Assembly: GCF_001194135.2 (NCBI RefSeq)
Contig: NC_069005.1
Span: forward strand, 29,724,492-29,769,444
Direction of reading: 5' to 3'
Source of the DNA: Octopus bimaculoides
Taxonomy: Eukaryota
Length of the DNA: 44,953 bases
Shown here: positions 35,251-44,953 of the stretch, one piece after another
How the letters are laid out: each line of letters opens with the position of its first letter
Position numbering within the stretch: the first letter of the stretch is position 1
Notes under the pieces: model-generated
The model's input: only the letters and a program-made list of their open reading frames with translations
Databases searched by the model: none
Told to the model about the DNA's origin: nothing
Translations under genes and position numbers: made by a program

Positions 35251-36507
35251 TACAAACTTACTCAGAAGTAACACAATAGAATACAAGAATTTCAATGATG
35301 GTCTACATAGGGAAATACTTAAGCAGAAGATATTCATGACATTCCATTGCTTCTCGTGTAACTTTTATAGGCGCAGGCTTGACTGTGTGGCTAAGAAGCT
35401 TACTTAGCACGTTTAGTAAATATGTGTGTATTTGCACTATGTGTGTGTGTGTGTGTGTGTCCATGTCCATGCCTGTGAGTATATGCCCATGTATATGTGC
35501 TTGTATGTATGTGTAAATACTTGCATGTAAATGTGTATGTGCATATGCATGTGTGTGTATATGCATATGTGTGTACATGCATGTGTGTAAATATACTGGC
35601 GTATGTGAGCATGTTATTGCTTGTGTGTGTATGCAAGTATGTTTGTGTGCTTGCATGTGTGTGTGCCTGTGCTTGTGTGGATATGTAATGCTTGCGTACG
35701 TGTGTGTACGTATAGGCTTGTGTGTTTATGTATGTATGTGTGTATGTGTGAATTTGCACCACATTTTTGTTTTGTGTGTATATATATATGTGTATGTTTG
35801 TTACAAGTACATGTAAATATGTATATGTGTGTGTACGTATGTATAAATGTGCGGGGGCCGTATTGATCCATTCAGTTGGTTCCCTTACAAGAAATCAGTT
35901 TAATAGACATCTCAAGATCGATAAAGACATGGAAAATAAACAAGATACCACTACTACTACTACTACCACCACCACCACCACCACCACCACCACCACTAAA
36001 ACTACTACTACTTCTACGACCACCACCACCACTAAAAAATATGACAGCCACCCCTACTACCATACACTATTACTACCACTATTACTACTACTACTACCAT
36101 AATCACCACAGCCACCACCATCACTACTACCAATATTACTGCACACATCAACACTGTTACCACTATTATTTCCCCAAACCACCACCACCACTACCACCAT
36201 ATCCACCACCACTATATCTGCCACCACAATTACCACTTATCCACCACTAACTACCACATCTGCCACCACCACTACTACCACCATATCCACCACCACCACC
36301 ACCACAACTACCACCTATCCACCACCACCACTATCAATTCTACACATATTCATATATATATATATGTGATGAAGTTTGCTTCCCAACCACATGGTTCTGG
36401 GTTCAGCTCTACAGCATGCCACCTTGGGCAAGTGTCTTCTACTATAGTCTTTGGTCAACCAAAGCCTTGCGAGTGGATTTGGCAGACGAAAACTGAAAGA
36501 AGCCCTT

Positions 36508-36554
<47 letters not shown>

Positions 36555-37109
36555 CTGTGTGGGTGTGTCTATGTTTGTATCCTACCACTGCTTGACAATT
36601 GGTGTTGGTTTGTTTACATCACTATAACTTAGCGCTTCAGCAAAAAGAGACAAATAGAACAAGTACCAGGCTTTTAAAATTAAATTAGTTCTAGGGTTAA
36701 ATCTTCAAAGTAGTGCTCCAGCATGACTGCAGTCTAATGACTAAGACAGATAACAGATAAAGGAAAAAATGAAATATACTCACACACACACACACACACA
36801 ATGTAATGAATTTCTGCAGGAACTTTTCTGTTCCTTTCTGAAGGTAAGGTCTCTGGACAGACCCATGCTTGTTTGCATCAGTCCGGCGATATGCAACAAT
36901 CATTCCTTAAACTAAAGTAATTCTAATGAACACTCCACCACCACCACCTGTGTTCCTCTGCGACTTTCCCCTTCTCTGTTGGCCTATGATTTCCCAGTAG
37001 ACAATAAATTGGCAGAAGATCAGATGGAATATCAACTGCATCGACCTTGTTACTGCATCGTGGATGAGGTGTGGCGGAGAATGATGATGTATCCAATATA
37101 CAGGCGCAC

Positions 37110-37445
37110 AGTCAGGCAGCACTAGCATTGACCACATTTGTATGGTGCAATTTACATGCCACTGGCACGGGAACCAGTCCAGGGGGACTGGCATCAACCA
37201 CGCTTGAATGGTGCTTTTTATGTGCCACCAGCACAGGTGCCAGTCGTGCTGTACTGGCATCAGCCACAACAATGATTTCATTTGACTAAGCCGGTCTTCT
37301 CAAGCATAGTTTATTGCCCAATGGGCCGGTTATGTGACACTGGCATCAGCCACGGTTATAGTCTCATTTGGCTTGCTGGGTCTTCTCAAGCACAGCATAT
37401 CTCCAAAGGTCTCAGTCGCTTGTCATTGCCTCCATGAGGCCCAAC
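37110..37445 (-). mobile_element. RTE LINE 3' fragment (ORF2 end plus repeated 3' UTR, family D)
   Basis: Minus strand from 37444 reads LGLMEAMTSD*DLWRYAVLEKTQQAK*, fitting the RTE ...DR..WR terminal motif (TGA probably from CGA). Followed by gtggcacataaaaagcacc tandem units homologous to 10820-10960. Confidence 0.7.
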
Positions 37446-37560
37446 AATATTTGTCCTCATCTTGTCTGTTGTTAACACAGGGTTGATATACCCTCCAGCT
37501 TTCATCAGGTGTCTCGGGGAAGTTTCGAACCTGGGTTCTCATTCCTAAGGTATTTCACAT
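37446..37560 (-). mobile_element. Short Penelope-like repeat with decayed CUGAUGA hammerhead core
   Basis: Minus strand gacacCTGATGAaagctggagggtatatcaaccctgtgttaac; acac/gtgt stem I present, GAAAC absent. Confidence 0.45.
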
Positions 37561-38154
37561 TGCTTCAGTCCACACAGCTGGCAGAAAACGAGTAGTACCC
37601 GTAATTACAGAGGTCCAGCCTTGTCACATTCTTTACTATGTTGGCACTTCCTGAGAACTACGCTAAGGGTACACATGTCTGTGGAGTGCTCAGCCACTTC
37701 CATGTTGATTTCATGAGCAAGCTGTTCCACTGGTCGGATCAACTGGAACCTTCATTATCGTAAGCAATGGAGTGCCAGGTGGTGGTGGTGGCAAACAGTA
37801 GTAGCAGAATGGAATTGGTGCCGGTGGTGACAAGGGAATTTCTGAGAAATTTAACAATTATTTTCAAAGCATTAAATTTGTGTGGGTAGATGGGTAGGGG
37901 AAAGGTAGTTGTGGTTTTCAGGGTGGCAGTAGGGGGTGATGGTGACGGTGGTGATGATGATGACAATTGTGGTGATGGTGTTAGTGGCAGTGGAGGTGGT
38001 AGTGACGGTGGTGATGGTAGAGGAGATTCTTATTTATTCGTTCAGAAAAATTTCTCCTGCAAGGACTTACTTTACTGTAAACAAAGTTGGCAATGATCTT
38101 CATAAATAATTGCTACGAAATGATTAATCTGATGTAATTTCCAGCCTCTCTCAT

Positions 38155-38232
<78 letters not shown>

Positions 38233-38368
38233 CCTGCATTGTTTCTTTAATCACATTCTCCTTACTAAATCCATTCTTTTCCCTCAACATACACACACAG
38301 TTAACATACATGTGTGTGTGTGTGTGTGTGTGTGAGTTTTATGTGATTACTATATAAGTATACATATG

Positions 38369-38412
<44 letters not shown>

Positions 38413-38579
38413 TATATACATAAGTGGGAAGTTTACTTGATAACTAAATCTATTTACATATACATACATATATAAATATAAATACACATATATACATACA
38501 TATATATATGTATGTACATATGCATGTATGTATGTATGTATGTATGTATGTGTGTGTGTGTGTGTGTGTGTGCATGTGT

Positions 38580-39019
38580 GTGTGTGCGTGTCTATCTTTC
38601 AAATCACTTCCTAACTCTTTCATATATCTCTTCCTATATCTACACACACACACACAAACAAACACTTTTGCAAAGTACACAAACAATTTACACTACCTGA
38701 AATATTTAGCGAAAAAAAAAAAAACTGTTTAAAATACTTCTGCTGTCACCACCACCACCACCACCATCATCAAAATAACTATTGCTGTCACGGCTACCAC
38801 CACGACATACACCATAACTGTCNNNNNNNNNNGTGTGTGCGTGTCTATCTTTCAAATCACTTCCTAACTCTTTCATATATCTCTTCCTATATCTACACAC
38901 ACACACACAAACAAACACTTTTGCAAAGTACACAAACAATTTACACTACCTGAAATATTTAGCGAAAAAAAAAAAAACTGTTTAAAATACTTCTGCTGTC
39001 ACCACCACCACCACCACCA
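38580..39019. repeat. Exact 187-bp direct duplication around a 10-N gap
   Basis: 38580-38766 equals 38833-39019 (offset 253), including the A13 run. Confidence 0.9.
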
Positions 39020-39649
39020 ATACCAACACCAGCACCAGCACCACCACAATTATCAATATTAACATCACCACCACAGCCACCACCACTACAACTACCAACC
39101 CCCACCCCACCACCGTCACTGCCAAAACCGCCACTGCCACCCCAATACAAATGACTCACTCACAACGTCTTTCCTTATGAAAGCGGAAATAAAAATAAAA
39201 AAATTTAGTCCCTCCCTCCCTCCTCGTCCCCTCTCAATACAAAAAGCTCCCCACCTCCAAGAAAACACCATTTTCTCTCAATCCAATGTTGTATGAGTTT
39301 GTTCTTGTTGCTGTTGTCGTTCTTGTAGTCGCTGTTGCTTCTGTTTATCTAGAAGCTGTTGATTTTAGTCGTCTTACACAGAATTTAAAGAGTGAATCGG
39401 AGAAAGCAGGACAATCGGAAGATACAAGATATATCTGTTTGATTAACTGATTTGATTACCGAAGCAACGAGGGAGTTGGGACATGTCAAACCTCTCTCGA
39501 ATATTACTTTAATATATTAAAAAGAAGAACACATTAAATAGTGTAATCCTAGATACATGATGTCAGTGGGGAGTATGGAGGATGCAGGGGGTGAATGGCA
39601 AGATGACTGTAGGCAAAGCATCTTTGGTCATAGGTTTACTGGCTCTACG

Positions 39650-39810
39650 CTGGAAAACGGATCCCGTTCGAAGGCTTCTGACATTGCAAAACAGCTAGAA
39701 GTTAGTCCAAGAACGTATGTTACATATCTGCATAAGAGTGGGTATTATGGACGAGCAGCTAGAAGAAAACCTCTCCTTCAACCAATTAATATCAAATAAA
39801 AGATTTTGAA
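39650..39810 (+). mobile_element. Tc1-family transposase fragment (second HTH region)
   Basis: ASDIAKQLEVSPRTYVTYLHKSGYYGRAARRKPLLQPINIK* matches the Tc1 S..TV.R.L...G...R.AR.KPLL motif. No TIRs or DDE region seen. Confidence 0.75.
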
Positions 39811-42032
39811 AATTAAAGGTGTCTACTTACTTCCTGCATGTCTGTGTACATGTATGTATATTACATACATATTACATACACACATGAATGGATGTAATAT
39901 ATATATATTCAACACACACACATACACACACAAAAGACTGGAAAAATTTGTTATTTTTTTTATTTCATGTCACCCATGTTTTATAACAGGATAGGAGATT
40001 CTAAACAATATTTTCTCTACATGTAGACTTTTGTAACTCCTATCTTACAAATGAAACACATGTGGCATGGAATTAAAATAAATACCAAATTCTTCCAGTT
40101 TTTTTGTTTTCATATGTAATTACTCTGCAAACAGACTTCACAAGAAATTTCAAATGTTATGTATATCTTACTTACAATTTAACATTAACATACATACATT
40201 GGATTAATGTGATTAATGCTTGACAACCAATGTTGGTGTGTTTACATCCCTGTAACTTAACAGTTTGACAAAAGAGGCCAATAGAATAAGTACCAGGCCC
40301 TAGATAGACTACAGCCAAAAATGAAAGTAGAAACAAATATATATGAAGCAGGATGGTTGGTCATGACTGGACTTAGGACTGATCAACAACAACAACAACA
40401 GCAATATTGATTTATTGATCTCCTCTTGGATTATTCTTCTTCCTAAATTTGACACCAAATCAAAAAAGAACAATGGACAAGCAACTACGAAGGAATGAAT
40501 CCACATTGGACAATCCATACAAAATAACAATATACGTGGGTGTCTTAACGATTGCATGTGTCTTTTACTTTTTTTATTGATGTAGTTACTGTTACAGCAA
40601 TGTGCAACCGTCTTTCAGTGCAGAGGATTTTTACTACTACCTCAACTACATCCAAAGTTACTTTCTAAAACATTAAAGCAAGTTATTAATAAGGCAGCAC
40701 TCACCAGAATGTTGTACCCCCCCCCCCACACACACACATACACACACAATGCATTGTATCTTTGGGCAAGACACTTCATTTCACCTTGTTCCAGTCCACT
40801 TTTCCATGCTGGCATAGGTTGGATAGAATTTTTGGAGTCGGATTTTCTGCAGCCATATGCCCTTCTTGTTGCCGATCCTCCTCTGTAGTATTTTCCCCGT
40901 GACCAGACATGTTTTCATGGAAGATTGGAAACAAAGGACGCCATTTGCATGACAGTGACTCTTGTTTACAACTATCACATGATATCTTAAAGAAAGGAAA
41001 CAGCAATACATGCACACACACACGTATATACAATGGGCTTCTTTTGCTTTTTTATTTCTTTATTTGCCCACAAAGTTCAATCGTGGCTGACCTAGGGCTA
41101 AACGACATCAGTGAGGGGCGTGGCTGTGTGGTAAGACGCTTACTTCCCAACCACATGGCTCCAGGTTCAGTCCCACTGTGTGGCACCTTGGGCGAGTGTC
41201 TTCTACTATAACCTCGGGCCGACCAAAGCCTTGTGAGTGGATTTGGTACATGGAAACTGAAAGAAGCCTGTTGTGTATGATTACGTATATAGTTATGTGT
41301 GTGAGTGTCTTTGAGTCTGTCTTTGTCCCACCACCACCACCACCACTCAACAACCGATGTTGGTGTGTTTACATCCCTGTAACTAAGCAGTTTGGCAAAA
41401 GAGACCAATAGAATAAGTACCAGGCTTATAAAAGGATAAGTCCTGCGGTGCTCCAGCATGGCCACAGTCAAATGACGCAAAGAATAAACCTCTATGTGAT
41501 CACTTAGTTTGCTAAAAATAGTAGCTGTAGTTCCCCTCTCAAACCACACTTTATCATTCTGAAAAAAGGAAGGACATATTAGATAATATAGTGCTGGGGT
41601 GGTCATGGGTGGAGTGTCTTTGATCATAGGTCTGGTTGATGAGAGCTGACCACCTATGGCAAGACAAGAACGAGTCAATAAGGAGATTTTTGATTTGCTA
41701 GAAATGGCAGCCAAATCACACTGGACTCTCTGTGGCCACAAAAACAAACAGAAAAGAAAGAAAAAGATAAATAAAAACAAAATAAAAAAACAATACAGGA
41801 TGGCCACAGATGGAGCAACACCTTGATTGGAGCAAACTTAGAGTTAAACAACAACAAAAAATACACAACAATGCAGTACAGGGAAAGAAAGAAAGGACAA
41901 AGAGGTAAAAAGGAAGAAGGTGGTGGTAGTGTTGATGATAATGAAGAAGAAGAAGGTGGTGGTGGTGGTGGTGGTGGTGTTGATGAAGAAGAAGAAGAAG
42001 AAGAAGAAGAAGAAGAAGGATATTTCACTTAC

Positions 42033-42043
42033 CAGATACCCAT
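42033..42043 (-). CDS. Candidate first coding segment (M-G-I-W/C, phase-2 intron) of an unidentified minus-strand gene
   Basis: Minus strand gaggaaaacaaaaaaaaaaccaccctaaaacATGGGTATCTG|GTAAGT: A-rich Kozak-like context and consensus donor, next to a CpG-rich segment. No product can be assigned. Confidence 0.45.
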
Positions 42044-42099
42044 GTTTTAGGGTGGTTTTTTTTTTGTTTTTCCTCTTTCAAAATCTAACAACAACAACA

Positions 42100-42680
42100 A
42101 CAGTGAGAACAAGAAGAGGGAGTGTCACAGACACACGTGTGTGTGCAGTAGTAGTAGAAGTAGTAGTGTCGAGGGTGAAGGGCAGACGACGAGAGAAAGA
42201 AGACATCGAGACTTGTGAGGCCGCCGGGACGGAAAAAAGGGGGAGCGATACCGGTGAACGGGAATCCAGCAGACCGGTTAAGGGCCGCAGGTACTTCTCC
42301 ATTAACAACAACATCCCTGAACAACGACGAACAAGGAACAACGGACGAAGACTTGTGCTTCTTCATTCATTCACTGGCAGACGACAGACAGTCGGCTTTT
42401 TTAGCATCGTTGAATCTCGCATGGTCTGCTCCACCATCCCTCTCGCTTTCTCTCTCTCTCGCTTTCTCTTTTTCTGTATGTATCAGTCTGTCTAACCGGC
42501 GTTAGACCTAACGTCCGGTAAGTCTTTTTGAAGATAGTAATAACAAGAACAACAATAATTAAATCGATAAGACAGGCAGCTGGCACCCTGGCCACGTCCA
42601 GTAACCAAAACAAACAGCAGACTTGGACGGAATCCACTTTGTGGCAGCGGCCGACCCGGTTACCTCATCGCGTCTGCTTC
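42100..42680. promoter_or_regulatory. CpG-rich unique segment, candidate promoter/5' UTR
   Basis: About 35 CpGs hand-counted in 42121-42675, no SINE similarity, in an otherwise CpG-poor AT-rich background. Confidence 0.55.
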
Positions 42681-42965
42681 TTATTCCTTCACCCCACCCT
42701 CTCTCTCTCTCTCTCTTTCTCTTTCTTTCCCTCTCTTTCTTTCCCTCCCTCTCTGTGTTTCTGACTTTCTCTAAGCTACTCTTTTTTTTTCTTTCTGTTT
42801 CTTTCTCTATAAGTCTCTATCTCTCCCCTTTGCATACACAAACACACACACACAAACAAAAACACAGACACACAAACACACAGACACACGTATATATATG
42901 AAGCCTACCTCTCTATCTTTCATTACATCTGGAAAATATTCTTTATGCAACAATGTAGGTGTGTA

Positions 42966-42997
<32 letters not shown>

Positions 42998-44953
42998 GAC
43001 ATACGTACACACAAACACATCCCTACATGCTACATATGCATAATATATATGCATATATACGCACACAAACGTATGTGTAAGTGTGTGTGTATACACAAAT
43101 GAGTGTATATATATATATGTATGTATGTATGTATGTCTATACATATATATATTTGTATAAATCTGTGAGAGAGAGAGGGGGGAGATAGAGAAAGACAGAA
43201 AGGAAGAGAGATGACATTCAACATATAGAGAGAGGAGGAAGGGATGAAGGAGGGGGAAAGAAAGAGACAGACAGAAAGAAAGGGAGACATGCATATTAAA
43301 CACACACACACACACACACACATACACACACACTAATACATAAACTCACATATCTACTATATATAATACAAAGCCTCATTTGTATAGAAGCAGGGCCTCC
43401 AAGAGAAATTTAGCAAGGTGGAACGAAACAGTTTTTCAAGCACTAAAGGAAAGAGGGGGGGAACACATCCTCGCAAAATACGGGGGGGGNNNNNNNNNNN
43501 NNNNNNNNNNNNNNNNNNNNNNNNNNNNNNNNNNNNNNNNNNNNNNNNNNNNNNNNNNNNNNNNNNNNNNNNNNNNNNNNNNNNNNNNNNNNNNNNNNNN
43601 NNNNNNNNNNNNNNNNNNNNNNNNNNNNNNNNNNNNNNNNNNNNNNNNNNNNNNNNNNNNNNNNNNNNNNNNNNNNNNNNNNNNNNNNNNNNNNNNNNNN
43701 NNNNNNNNNNNNNNNNNNNNNNNNNNNNNNNNNNNNNNNNNNNNNNNNNNNNNNNNNNNNNNNNNNNNNNNNNNNNNNNNNNNNNNNNNNNNNNNNNNNN
43801 NNNNNNNNNNNNNNNNNNNNNNNNNNNNNNNNNNNNNNNNNNNNNNNNNNNNNNNNNNNNNNNNNNNNNNNNNNNNNNNNNNNNNNNNNNNNNNNNNNNN
43901 NNNNNNNNNNNNNNNNNNNNNNNNNNNNNNNNNNNNNNNNNNNNNNNNNNNNNNNNNNNNNNNNNNNNNNNNNNNNNNNNNNNNNNNNNNNNNNNNNNNN
44001 NNNNNNNNNNNNNNNNNNNNNNNNNNNNNNNNNNNNNNNNNNNNNNNNNNNNNNNNNNNNNNNNNNNNNNNNNNNNNNNNNNNNNNNNNNNNNNNNNNNN
44101 NNNNNNNNNNNNNNNNNNNNNNNNNNNNNNNNNNNNNNNNNNNNNNNNNNNNNNNNNNNNNNNNNNNNNNNNNNNNNNNNNNNNNNNNNNNNNNNNNNNN
44201 NNNNNNNNNNNNNNNNNNNNNNNNNNNNNNNNNNNNNNNNNNNNNNNNNNNNNNNNNNNNNNNNNNNNNNNNNNNNNNNNNGGGGTGGGGGTGTTTCTGT
44301 CTGTGTTTGTCCTCCCCACCACCGCTTGACAACTAGTGTTGGTGTGCTTGCATCCCTATAACTTAGCAGTTCGACAAAAAGGACTGATAGAATAAGTACC
44401 AAGTTTCAAAAAGGAAGTATTGGGGTCGATTCATTCAACTAAAAATTCAAGGCGGTGCCCCAGCATGGCCACAGTCTAATGACTGAAACAAGTAAAAGAT
44501 AAATATAAAAGATACGTATGTATGTACGCGCATGTATTTATGTGTGTCTTTATACCTATACTTGTCCCACTACCACTTCACAGCCGGTGTTGGTTTGTTT
44601 ATATCCCTGTCACACAGCAGTCCAGCAAAAGCAACCAATAGAACAAAGTACCAGAGTTTAAAAATAAATACTGGGTTCATTTTTTTGTCTGATTAATCCC
44701 TTCAAGGTGGTGCTCAAGCATGACCAAAGCCCAATGACTGGAACAAGTAAAATGGATGACAAAAGACCCCCCCCCCACACTGTCTCGTCTGTTTCTGTGT
44801 GTCTCTTGATTTTCACAGCTATTTCAATTGCTTAACAAGAGTAGCATTATCTATGTTTTTATTGGTAAAATTGTTATTTTACGGTTGGATGACCTTTACT
44901 ATGGCTAAATCACTCGACCGAGAAGTAGGTTGTATAAGAGTGGGCTTTAAGTT

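Noticed and set aside
38069-38112. Minus-strand exon QLFMKIIANFVYSK before a GTAAGT donor
   Set aside because: Poor pyrimidine tract, and the open frame is out of phase with the 42033 donor.

Overview
Repeat-dense eukaryotic genomic DNA from a fragmented assembly, with 14 N-gaps totalling about 6.9 kb (about 15%). The SINE families and very high microsatellite load suggest an octopus/coleoid cephalopod (inference). No complete protein-coding gene is supportable, and almost every ORF in the supplied track is an artefact of microsatellites or N-runs. The window is mostly tRNA-headed SINEs, RTE-type 3' ends, (CA)/(TA)/(CAC)/(AAT) repeats and fossil transposons: a DD37D/maT-like mariner deletion derivative, a Tc1 fragment, RTE, Tx1-like and REL-endonuclease LINE ends, a Penelope-like GIY-YIG fragment, and hAT and foldback MITEs. 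The best gene evidence is a CpG-rich candidate first exon on the minus strand (AAAAC-ATG-GGT-ATC-TG|GTAAGT at 42043-42033), plus a few small exon candidates. The most interesting signals are short repeats with minimal hammerhead-ribozyme-like cores, an (AAT)n-associated retroelement cluster, a TTAGGG-centred foldback element, close inverted SINE pairs and a 97%-identical 120-bp module repeated 25 kb apart. Element boundaries are hand-read and approximate unless a TSD is given.
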